From positions 1 to 48,260 of the forward strand of contig JAZRAF010000079.1 in assembly GCA_045634425.1 (NCBI GenBank): DNA of 48,260 nucleotides. Reading direction: 5' to 3'. Each line of letters opens with the position of its first letter. The stretch's first letter is position 1. The position numbers and the translations under genes were made by a program. Under the pieces are notes generated by a model that was not told where the DNA came from, searched no databases, and was given only the letters and a program-made list of their open reading frames with translations. This document shows, piece after piece, positions 9,534 through 17,534 of this stretch. Source of the stretch: Eubacteriales bacterium. GTDB taxonomy: Bacteria; Bacillota; Clostridia; Oscillospirales; CAG-272.

Positions 9534-10967
9534 TTACAGGATCGAGATAGCGTCGGAGATGGTCTTTTCAAGAGCCTCTCTACCGTACTTGTCTACCTCA
9601 GCCTTGTTCTTCTCACCGTGGGTCAGACAGCCCGCGCCGTTTATACAGCCGGAAATACAAGCCATACCCTCGATAAAGTTGCCGCCAAGAAGCGCCTGGC
9701 TCTTGCTGAGCTTAAGAAGCGCAACGCGGCAGGCCTCGATACCGTCGCAAACGACGGGCTTGATCTCGAAGTCGATGTTCTGCTCCTTCATTGCCTGAGC
9801 TGCCGCATCGGTAAGACCGCCGCTTCTTGCGAAGATACGGCCGAAGTAGGATGCGTTATCAAGCACGCCCTCCTCAAAGGTGGAGAGGTCGAAGTCGCGG
9901 CTGTCGAAGAGCGCCTGAAGCTCCTCGAAGGTAAGAACGGAATCAACGTAGGGCTTGACCGACTCGAGCTGCATCTCTGCCTTCTTTGCGGTGCAGGGAC
10001 CGATGAAGATGACCTTAGAGTTAGGCATATGCTCCTTGATGTACTTTGCAAGCACTGCCATAGGCGACATATTGTGGGAGATGTGCTGAACGAGATTCGG
10101 GAACGCAGACTTGATGTACTGCACGAATGCAGGACAGCAGGAGCTGGTAAGAAGACCCTTTTCGGAAAGCTCCTTAGCCTCCTCCATAGCAACCATATCC
10201 GCACCGAGAGCCGCCTCGATAACGTCGTGGAAGCCAAGCTTCTTAAGGCCGGTGATCACCTGGCCGAGCTTAGCGTAGGAGAACTGGCTGGAGATCGCGG
10301 GAGCAACGATAGCGTATACTCTGTAATCGCTGTCGGGCTTGTTTGCCTTGCTGTTCTTAAGGATCTCGATAGCGTCGATGATGAAGGACTTGTCGGATAT
10401 TGCGCCGAAGGGACACTGATAAACGCAAGCACCGCACTGGATGCACTTGGAGTTATCGATGGTTGCCGCCTTCTCGTCGTTCATCGAGATCGCCTTTACC
10501 TTACAAGCGTTCTGGCAGGGACGCTTGCGGCTTACGATAGCGGTGTAGGGGCAGACCTTGGAGCAGGCGCCGCACTCCTTACACTTGGACTTGTCAATGT
10601 GTGCAACGTGGTTCTGATCGAAGGAGATCGCGCCGAACTTACAAACGTCCTCACAGCGGTGTGCAAGACAGCCGCGGCAGGCGTTGGTAACCTCGTAGCC
10701 GCCTACGGGACACTCGTCACAGGCGATGTCGATTACCTCGATAACGTTGGGGTTTTCCCTGTCGCCACCCATAGCGATCTTAACACGCTCGCCAAGGATA
10801 GCTCTTTCCTTATATACACAGCATCTCATGGTAGCTTCCTTACCGGGAGCAAGCTTTGTGGGAACGTCCATAACGTGCTCAAGAAGCTTATCCTCCCACG
10901 CAAGTCTTGCGACCTCGCGAAGGACCTTATACTTTAAATGCTGTACCTTTGTATCAAACTTTCTCAT
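9534..10967 (-). CDS. Monomeric ferredoxin-type [FeFe]-hydrogenase (group B / HfsD-like)
   Basis: H-cluster motifs TSSCCPAF, GPCTAKKAE and EGMACISGCINGAG; N-terminal RCCVYKER and several CxxCxxCxxxC ferredoxin motifs. Confidence 0.88.
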   Translation of the reverse strand: MRKFDTKVQHLKYKVLREVARLAWEDKLLEHVMDVPTKLAPGKEATMRCCVYKERAILGERVKIAMGGDRENPNVIEVIDIACDECPVGGYEVTNACRGCLAHRCEDVCKFGAISFDQNHVAHIDKSKCKECGACSKVCPYTAIVSRKRPCQNACKVKAISMNDEKAATIDNSKCIQCGACVYQCPFGAISDKSFIIDAIEILKNSKANKPDSDYRVYAIVAPAISSQFSYAKLGQVITGLKKLGFHDVIEAALGADMVAMEEAKELSEKGLLTSSCCPAFVQYIKSAFPNLVQHISHNMSPMAVLAKYIKEHMPNSKVIFIGPCTAKKAEMQLESVKPYVDSVLTFEELQALFDSRDFDLSTFEEGVLDNASYFGRIFARSGGLTDAAAQAMKEQNIDFEIKPVVCDGIEACRVALLKLSKSQALLGGNFIEGMACISGCINGAGCLTHGEKNKAEVDKYGREALEKTISDAISIL

Positions 10968-10971
10968 TTTA

Positions 10972-11919
10972 TTACCAATTTACACCTTTTATAACTTCCT
11001 TGAGTGCCTCTGCGGATGCATGCATCTTTCTAAGCTCCTCGTCGGTGAGCTTCTGGGTGATGATAGAGCGCACACCGGTGTGGTCAACGAGAGAAAGAGA
11101 GCTCAAGCAAACGTCGCTGATGCCGTACTCGCCCTCGTGGAGAGAGGAAACGGTCATTGCGGTCTCAGCACTTCCGCTGAGGGATTTAACGATATGGGTA
11201 GAGGTCATTGCGATACCGTAAACGGTACAGCCCTTACGGGAGATGATCTTACCGCCCGACTTTCTTACGTAGGTCTCAACGTCCTCTCTTGTATACTCGT
11301 TGGGAATGTTATACGCAGATGCGATAGCATCGTTGTAGTCCGCAAGAGGAACGCCTGCGATGGTTGCGCTCGACCAAGCAACGAAGGAGGTATCGCCGTG
11401 CTCACCAAGCACGTTTGCGTGTACCTGCTGCTTGTTTACGTTGTAGATCTCTGCAAGTCTTGTGCGAAGACGGATAGTGTCAAGCACGGTACCGGTGCCG
11501 AACACCTGGTTCTTGGGAAGTCCGGTGTACTTGAGGAATGCGTAGGTAAGGATATCTACGGGGTTTGCAACGAGGATGTAGATAGCGTTGGGAGCTACCT
11601 TAACGATCTCGGTGGAGATCTGCTTGATGATACCTACGTTGGTCTGAACGAGCTCGAGTCTTGACTGACCGGGCTTTCTTCCGATACCCGAGGTGATGAT
11701 AACAACGTCAGAGTCCTTAGCGTCCTCGTAGCTGCCTGCGTATATATCGCAGTTGTCGATAAAGGGGGTTGCCTGCTTTATATCAAGTGCCTCACCGAGT
11801 GCCTTGGAGCTGTTAACGTCGATAAGAACGACCTCGGTTGCCGCACCGCGGGTAAGAAGCGCAAACGCGGTATTAGCGCCAACCGCTCCTGCGCCGATAA
11901 TTGTAACTTTCTTCTGCAT
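10972..11919 (-). CDS. ldh: L-lactate-dehydrogenase-like NAD-dependent 2-hydroxyacid dehydrogenase; Arg in the specificity loop suggests malate dehydrogenase activity
   Basis: IIGAGAVG, GIGRKPGQSRLEL, VANPVD, GTVLDTIR, GEHGD, KGCTVYGIA. Confidence 0.85.
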   Translation of the reverse strand: MQKKVTIIGAGAVGANTAFALLTRGAATEVVLIDVNSSKALGEALDIKQATPFIDNCDIYAGSYEDAKDSDVVIITSGIGRKPGQSRLELVQTNVGIIKQISTEIVKVAPNAIYILVANPVDILTYAFLKYTGLPKNQVFGTGTVLDTIRLRTRLAEIYNVNKQQVHANVLGEHGDTSFVAWSSATIAGVPLADYNDAIASAYNIPNEYTREDVETYVRKSGGKIISRKGCTVYGIAMTSTHIVKSLSGSAETAMTVSSLHEGEYGISDVCLSSLSLVDHTGVRSIITQKLTDEELRKMHASAEALKEVIKGVNW

Positions 11920-11935
11920 TATGATTCTCCTATGA

Positions 11936-13108
11936 TTAGAAATAACTGACTTTTATGCGTTTACCCATCTTTTTAAGGCAGCTTGAAAGCTCCTCAACAA
12001 GGTTCATTTTGATGTTGAAGTTGATGGGAAGGTCGGGGTTCTGGTGGGCGGGGTTGATCGCACGTCCGACGTAGAAATTGATATCCGTCGCTTCCTCGAA
12101 GAGAAGTCGGCTGATAAGGGATGCTCCGTCCTTCTTGAAGTTCCACTCCTCGTAAAGCTCGTTCTCACCAAGGTAGTCCTTTGCAAACTGAATTACCTTG
12201 TTCATCGTGATAACGCCCTCTGTAACGAGGTCAACGCCCTCAATGTAGGCGATGGGGGGAACGTCGCTGCGCTCAAACTTAATGCTTGCAACGACGGGCT
12301 TGCCAAGGAATTTGGCAGCGATGGAGGATGTGGTTCCTCCGCATACGATGTGCTTACCCTCTTTAGAGAAGAAGAGCGACATCATACGGTTTGCGTCATC
12401 CCTGTTGGAGGGAGGACCGAAGAGAATGTTCATAGGAACTCTCTTTCTTATCTTGACGACGCAAGCGGTGGTATCGTCACCGGGCTTGTGTCCGTAAAGC
12501 TTATCACACTCGTCAACGAGCATAGTGGAGAGATTCTTTGCGGTATATCCGCCCGCAACGAGCGCCTGCATAAATGCGGCGATCTCCTCTCTCTTCCAGC
12601 CGAAGTTGTACTTGCCGCCAAGGCCTGCGTGGGGACAGCCGTCACTCATAGCGACGAAAACGTCGTCCTCCTGAAGCTTGATCACCGACTTATAGATCTT
12701 CTTGCCGTCGATGTTCATCTCGGTCTTGGGGTAGTCGTAATTCTCAAAGTTTCTTATGAGTATTACGTGGGGGTTATCGTACTGAATGATCTCTGCGATC
12801 TCGTTATTGAGAAGATGGATGATGGTGAAGGTCGAATACGCAACTCCGCGAAGGGAGCACACGGGAAGCGTTGCCGCAATCGTGGACACGCACTCCTCGA
12901 TAGGCAGACCGGCGGCCATCATCGTGGAAATGATCTTGGAGGTAAGGGTTGAAAGGATACTTGCCTTAACACCCGAGCCAAGACCGTCAGCAAGCACGAT
13001 GACCGTGGAGTTTTCACCCTCCTCGATTACGTCAACGTGGTCGCCGCAAAGCTCTTCTCCGACGTGATTGATGCTTTTATAGCCTATATCTGCACACAAA
13101 TCATTCAT
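11936..13108 (-). CDS. SpoIIE/PP2C-family Ser/Thr protein phosphatase (HfsC-like, hydrogenase-associated)
   Basis: EELCGD, LADGLGSG, MSDG, GDDTT metal-binding motifs; C-terminal CGGTT/EGVDLVTEG domain; start overlaps the sensory hydrogenase stop. Confidence 0.85.
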   Translation of the reverse strand: MNDLCADIGYKSINHVGEELCGDHVDVIEEGENSTVIVLADGLGSGVKASILSTLTSKIISTMMAAGLPIEECVSTIAATLPVCSLRGVAYSTFTIIHLLNNEIAEIIQYDNPHVILIRNFENYDYPKTEMNIDGKKIYKSVIKLQEDDVFVAMSDGCPHAGLGGKYNFGWKREEIAAFMQALVAGGYTAKNLSTMLVDECDKLYGHKPGDDTTACVVKIRKRVPMNILFGPPSNRDDANRMMSLFFSKEGKHIVCGGTTSSIAAKFLGKPVVASIKFERSDVPPIAYIEGVDLVTEGVITMNKVIQFAKDYLGENELYEEWNFKKDGASLISRLLFEEATDINFYVGRAINPAHQNPDLPINFNIKMNLVEELSSCLKKMGKRIKVSYF

Positions 13109-14777
13109 CGACGATAGACTCCTTAAGCTTAGTCAGCGCGATCTTGGTCTCAGCTGCAGTCTCACCGAGAAGGGATGCGATCTCCTGAACGATCCTCATC
13201 TGCTTCTCTACGACCTTGTCAGCAACCTCAACGGTCTGACGGCTGATGCTTTCCTTTCTTTCCTCGGTCTCGACCTCGTCGGTAACGTCACGCATAATGC
13301 TGATAAGCAGGCGTGAATCTGCATCGTAAACGACGGTCTGCTCAACGTACTTCTTGTACTCTGCAAGATAGGTGCGTCTGTTGCGAATGCTTCTGCCGGT
13401 GCTCTTTACCTGAGAGAAGGGAGTGGGGTCAAGAATACGGATGACCGGCTCACCGAGAACGTCGGATGCCGCACGGATATTCATAATCTTGCGCGCGGAG
13501 TTGTTTATCTGCTGTACCTCAAGGTTTTCGTTAAGAACGATAAGACCGTTGGGGGTGTTTCTTACGATGGTATCCGAGAAGCTCTCTGCCTTGTCCTTAA
13601 GGAAAGGAAGACACATCGAGATCTCTGCCTTGCCCTGGATGATCGCGATAGCCTTATCGCGGCAGGAATTGTAGCCGCAGGTGCCGCAGTTAAGCTCGTC
13701 CGACGCCTTGAACTTGCCCATCTGGCGAAGAACGGACATAATCTCGCTCTCGCAGGGAAGGGGAAGCTTGTGCTCGATTGCAGAGAAGTTCTTCACAAGC
13801 TCTGCAGGGGTGGGCTGGTCGACCTCGAAGTCGCGCGTGCCCGCATAGCTTGCAACCTTGAGATAGTCGCTTACAAGCGGCTTTTTGGTTCTGTTCATAA
13901 CAGGACCGCCGATGCAGCTGCCAATGCAGGCAGACATCTCAACGAAGCACTTATGTATCTTTCCGCTTGCGATATCCGCAAGTGCGGTCATACAGTTTTC
14001 AACACCGTCCATAGCCATATAGGTATAGCCGGGGGCATCCTGTGCCATAGTCTTAAGCACGCCGCCCGTGGTCGGGAAGAAGCGCGCACGGCTGTTCTCG
14101 GTAGAGTCGCACTCGTTTTCAAGAGTAACGCCCTCCTTCTCGAGCATTCTGTCAAGCTCCTCGAAGGTCAGAACGGCGTCAACGATATTCTCGTAGTACT
14201 CAGCCTCGTCCTTCTTTGCAACGCAGGGGCCGATGAAAACGGTCTTGGCGTTAGGAATGCGCTTTTTGATATCGCTGCAGTGTGCCTGCATAGGCGACAT
14301 AACGTCTGCCAGATACTGAAGGCACTCGGGGAATCTTTTCTGTATAAGAAGATTGATCGAGTGGCAGCAGGAGGTGATGATAACGTCTCTCTCCTCTTCC
14401 CTGATCATTCTTTCGTATTCGTTTTTAACGATCGTAGCACCGATAGCGGTCTCCTCAACGTCGGTAAAACCGAGCTTCTTGAGCGCGCGGCGCATCGACT
14501 CGATGCCCACTCCGCCGTAATTTGCGATAAAGGAGGGGGCAAGGCTGACGATTACGGGGTCGCCCGACTGGATAAGAACTCTGGTCTTTTCGATGCCGTC
14601 TGCGATCTCCTTTGCATTCTGGGGGCACTGAACCACGCAGTTACCGCAAAGTATGCACTCGTTGCCTATAATGTGTGCCTGGTTTCCTGAAAAGCGAATT
14701 GCCTTTACGGGGCATTTTCTGACACAGCGGAAGCAGGACTTACAGTTCGATTTTTTAAGTGTCAAGCAATTTGCCAT
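13101..14777 (-). CDS. Sensory [FeFe]-hydrogenase with Fe-S and PAS domains (group C, HydS/HfsB-like)
   Basis: N-terminal 2x[4Fe-4S]; H-cluster TSCCH / GPCVAKKDE / EMSACIGSCIGGP; ELNCGTCGYNSC Fe-S domain; PAS-like NTPNGLIVLNENLEVQQINNSA; C-terminal KQMRIVQEIASLLGETAAETK helix. Confidence 0.88.
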   Translation of the reverse strand: MANCLTLKKSNCKSCFRCVRKCPVKAIRFSGNQAHIIGNECILCGNCVVQCPQNAKEIADGIEKTRVLIQSGDPVIVSLAPSFIANYGGVGIESMRRALKKLGFTDVEETAIGATIVKNEYERMIREEERDVIITSCCHSINLLIQKRFPECLQYLADVMSPMQAHCSDIKKRIPNAKTVFIGPCVAKKDEAEYYENIVDAVLTFEELDRMLEKEGVTLENECDSTENSRARFFPTTGGVLKTMAQDAPGYTYMAMDGVENCMTALADIASGKIHKCFVEMSACIGSCIGGPVMNRTKKPLVSDYLKVASYAGTRDFEVDQPTPAELVKNFSAIEHKLPLPCESEIMSVLRQMGKFKASDELNCGTCGYNSCRDKAIAIIQGKAEISMCLPFLKDKAESFSDTIVRNTPNGLIVLNENLEVQQINNSARKIMNIRAASDVLGEPVIRILDPTPFSQVKSTGRSIRNRRTYLAEYKKYVEQTVVYDADSRLLISIMRDVTDEVETEERKESISRQTVEVADKVVEKQMRIVQEIASLLGETAAETKIALTKLKESIVDE

Positions 14778-14783
14778 ATCTCT

Positions 14784-15047
14784 TTACTTCCCTTCGTTTT
14801 CAATAACGTCAAGGATATTCTTCTTAAAGAACTCTCTGAAATTCTCGGGGGTAACGCCTACGTGAACGTCGTCGTTTACCTGAACGGTAACGCCAACGCG
14901 GTTGCATTTACCGATGCAGAAGCTGCCGGTAAGCACTACCTCGTCCTCAATGTGATGCTGGGCAACCGCATTCTCAAGAAGCTCGACGATCTCGGGCGAG
15001 CCCTTAAGATGGCAGGATGAGCCAACGCAAACCTGAACGATCAACAT
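14784..15047 (-). CDS. Thioredoxin-like [2Fe-2S] ferredoxin (NuoE/HfsA-like)
   Basis: VCVGSSCHLKG...GSFCIGKC. Confidence 0.85.
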   Translation of the reverse strand: MLIVQVCVGSSCHLKGSPEIVELLENAVAQHHIEDEVVLTGSFCIGKCNRVGVTVQVNDDVHVGVTPENFREFFKKNILDVIENEGK

Positions 15048-15053
15048 ATTCTC

Positions 15054-15293
15054 TTACACCTTTGCCTTGATCTCGTTGGCGAAAAATTCACCTACGGTAG
15101 CGGGGGTAACCGAGTGGATAACGTCGTCTACCATAACCGAAACGCCGGCCTGGCAGTTACCAAGGCAGAACGTGCCGCCAAGGTCAACCTTATCACCAAG
15201 GTTGTTATCGGTGATGAGCTTCTGAAGCTCCTCAACTACCTGACGAGAGCCCTTAATGTGACAAGAGCTACCAATACAAACTACAACTTTCAT
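15054..15293 (-). CDS. Thioredoxin-like [2Fe-2S] ferredoxin (NuoE/HfsA-like), paralog of the neighbour
   Basis: VCIGSSCHIKG...GTFCLGNC; GAGG RBS. Confidence 0.85.
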   Translation of the reverse strand: MKVVVCIGSSCHIKGSRQVVEELQKLITDNNLGDKVDLGGTFCLGNCQAGVSVMVDDVIHSVTPATVGEFFANEIKAKV

Positions 15294-15316
15294 AAATTTT
15301 TTCCTCGCAATATATA

Positions 15317-15943
15317 TTATTTTTTTATTTTCAACTGTGAATTAAGGTGAGCAAGTGAGAGTGCTAAATTCTCCTGCTTTAAGATAACGTCCCCGGGGAC
15401 GGTGAGTGCACAGGGCGCAAAGTTCCATATCGCCTTGATGCCGCAACCGACGAGCCTGTCGCACACCTCCTGTGCCGAGCCCTGCCCTACGGTGATAATT
15501 CCGATCCTTACGCTGTGGGCGGCGCAGTATTCCTCGATTTCTTTGATCGGGAGGACGGTTTTGTTGTTTGAGATCGAGATGACCTTGTCGTTACAGTCAA
15601 ATCCGGCGAGAATTCTTATTCCGAATTCCTCAAAGCCGTCGTAATCGAGAAGCGCGCGTCCGATCTTTCCCGCACCGACGAGAACGGCGTTGGTGATGTT
15701 CTCATAGCCAAGATGGTATTCAAGGTCGTGCATAAGCTTGATGCGCTCGTAGCCTATCTTCGGCTTGCCCTGGCCGCTTATCAGCGCCAAGTCCTTACGC
15801 ACCTGCACCTCGCCAAGTGAGAGGCCGCGTGCAATTTTGGTTGCTGAAATCGTTGTCGTGCCGTCGTCCGGCAGGTCCTTCAGGTACTGTATGTAAACGG
15901 GAATTCGACCAAGGGTCGGCTTTGGAATAAAGCTTGCGTTCAT
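15317..15943 (-). CDS. rex: Redox-sensing transcriptional repressor Rex
   Basis: IPKPTLGRIPVY, QVRKDL, G.PKIGY winged-helix motifs; VGAGKIGRAL Rossmann; AIWNFAP. Start moved to ATG 15943 (AAGGAG upstream). Confidence 0.92.
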   Translation of the reverse strand: MNASFIPKPTLGRIPVYIQYLKDLPDDGTTTISATKIARGLSLGEVQVRKDLALISGQGKPKIGYERIKLMHDLEYHLGYENITNAVLVGAGKIGRALLDYDGFEEFGIRILAGFDCNDKVISISNNKTVLPIKEIEEYCAAHSVRIGIITVGQGSAQEVCDRLVGCGIKAIWNFAPCALTVPGDVILKQENLALSLAHLNSQLKIKK

Positions 15944-16128
15944 TTGCCCCTCTCCTTTGCTGTTTTTTAGTGCTTTTCGTGCGAAAATCGGTGTAGCACG
16001 ACTCATATAATAAATAGAAGGAAATAATCGATACAAATTTAATCGATATAACCGTGATCGATTAAAAATGCTCCAATAAATGCCATTTAAACGACAGGAT
16101 TGCGAAGTCTAAATGGCGCATTTTAAGA

Positions 16129-16146
16129 TTGATAAATTTTTAACCG
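16129..16146. promoter_or_regulatory. Candidate Rex operator
   Basis: TTGATAA-ATTT-TTAACCG matches 11 of 14 arm positions of clostridial TTGTTAA-N4-TTAACAA and overlaps the predicted +1 of the rex operon. Confidence 0.55.
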
Positions 16147-16151
16147 GTAAC

Positions 16152-16180
16152 ATTCTAGCACAAAAATACGAAAATTTCAA
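16152..16180 (-). promoter_or_regulatory. Sigma-A promoter of the rex-hfs-hdr-flx operon
   Basis: TTGAAA-17 nt-TAGAAT with extended -10 TG. Confidence 0.7.
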
Positions 16181-16233
16181 TAGTAAACGACAAAAATAAT
16201 TAAAAAATACAAAAATATTTTTTATATAAACGC

Positions 16234-16282
16234 GTGCGACGGCACCGAGAGGACCTGCTTTATCCCCCGAATGCCGCCGCAC
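16234..16282 (-). terminator. Long GC-rich hairpin downstream of cysK (terminator-like)
   Basis: GTGCGGCGGCATT...GGTGCCGTCGCAC stem whose G-U pairs form only on the minus strand; U-tract is weak. Confidence 0.5.
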
Positions 16283-16302
16283 CCTGTATGAAATTTATCG
16301 AT

Positions 16303-17235
16303 TTAACCCTCGAAAAGCGAGGTGGAAAGGTATCTGTCGCCCGTGTCAGGAAGCAAAACGACGACCGTCTTGCCTGCGTTCTCTTTCCTCTTTGCGACCT
16401 CGATTGCCGCGTGAAGTGCCGCACCCGAGGAAATTCCGACGAGCACGCCCTCGCGGCGGCCTATCATTCTGCCCGCTTCGTAAGACTCGTCCTCGGTGAC
16501 GGTGATGATCTCATCGTATATCGAGGTGTTGAGCACCTCGGGCACAAAGCCCGCGCCGATGCCCTGTATGCCGTGAGGACCGCCGACGCCCTTTGAGAGG
16601 AAGGGGCTTGATGCAGGCTCGACCGCTACGATCTTAACCTCGGGCTTTTTCGATTTGAGATATTCACCAACGCCGGTGATAGTACCGCCAGTGCCTACGC
16701 CCGCAACGAAGATATCGACCTCGCCGTCGGTGTCCTGATAAATTTCGGGGCCCGTGGTCTCTCTGTGTGCGGCGGAGTTGGCGGGATTTGTAAACTGACC
16801 TGCAACGAAGCTGTCGGGGATCTGTCTTGCAAGCTCCTCTGCCTTTTCAATTGCGCCCTTCATTCCGAGCGCACCGTCGGTGAGAACGAGATCGGCACCG
16901 TAGGCCTTCATAAGCTGGCGGCGCTCGAGGGACATCGTCTCGGGCATAACGATAACGATCTTGTATCCTCTCGCGGCTGCAACGGCGGCAAGGCCGATGC
17001 CGGTATTGCCCGAGGTGGGCTCGATGATGACCGAGCCGGGCTTGAGTCTGCCCGATGCCTCGGCGTCGTCTATCATAGCCTTACCTACCCTATCCTTGAC
17101 AGATCCCGCGGGATTGAGGTATTCAAGCTTTGCAAGCAGGCGTGCCTTAAGTGCAAGCTCCTTTTCAATATTCTTAAGCTCGATAAGCGGAGTTCCGCCG
17201 ATGAGCTGATCAACAGACGTGTAAATACGTGCCAT
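16303..17235 (-). CDS. cysK: Cysteine synthase A (O-acetylserine sulfhydrylase)
   Basis: NPAGSVKDR (PLP Lys), [38 protein letters not shown]. Confidence 0.95.
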   Translation of the reverse strand: MARIYTSVDQLIGGTPLIELKNIEKELALKARLLAKLEYLNPAGSVKDRVGKAMIDDAEASGRLKPGSVIIEPTSGNTGIGLAAVAAARGYKIVIVMPETMSLERRQLMKAYGADLVLTDGALGMKGAIEKAEELARQIPDSFVAGQFTNPANSAAHRETTGPEIYQDTDGEVDIFVAGVGTGGTITGVGEYLKSKKPEVKIVAVEPASSPFLSKGVGGPHGIQGIGAGFVPEVLNTSIYDEIITVTEDESYEAGRMIGRREGVLVGISSGAALHAAIEVAKRKENAGKTVVVLLPDTGDRYLSTSLFEG

Positions 17236-17298
17236 TTTTCAAATCTCCTTGTGGGTACGGGGTAGCTTATATTATACCCCCGCACTCTCCGTGCATTC

Positions 17299-17328
17299 AT
17301 TATACCACCAAAGTGCGTCGCTTGTCAA
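17299..17328 (-). promoter_or_regulatory. Sigma-A promoter for cysK
   Basis: TTGACA-18 nt-TATAAT with TG extension. Confidence 0.7.
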
Positions 17329-17464
17329 TGGTAAAGTGCTATAGCGCATTTTGGGGCGTTTTCGGGGCAAAATATGCGAAAGATAGGGGGGCGTGTAACG
17401 TTTTTCGCCCTTTCAACCCTAAAGTTGCCCAATTTTTGAGCGCACATTTTGGCGTATTTTTATA

Positions 17465-17493
17465 TTGACATAAGGCACTTCAAGTGATAAAAT
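17465..17493 (+). promoter_or_regulatory. Sigma-A promoter for malQ
   Basis: TTGACA-17 nt-TAAAAT with TG extension. Confidence 0.7.
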
Positions 17494-17534
17494 AGATGTA
17501 TATTTTTGTATGAGGATGTAAGGACATCACAGAT

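Noticed and set aside
3825-14690. Other long plus-strand ORFs (407, 765, 423, 470, 312, 302, 306 aa)
   Set aside because: All lie antisense to well-supported redox genes and show no family motifs.
17236-17298. Two small hairpins in the cysK leader considered as a SAM or T-box element
   Set aside because: Too short, and no S-box, SMK or T-box consensus was seen.
17390-17406. GTGTAACGTTTTTC as a cre/LacI operator for malQ
   Set aside because: Only a weak half-palindrome; cannot be supported without a matrix scan.
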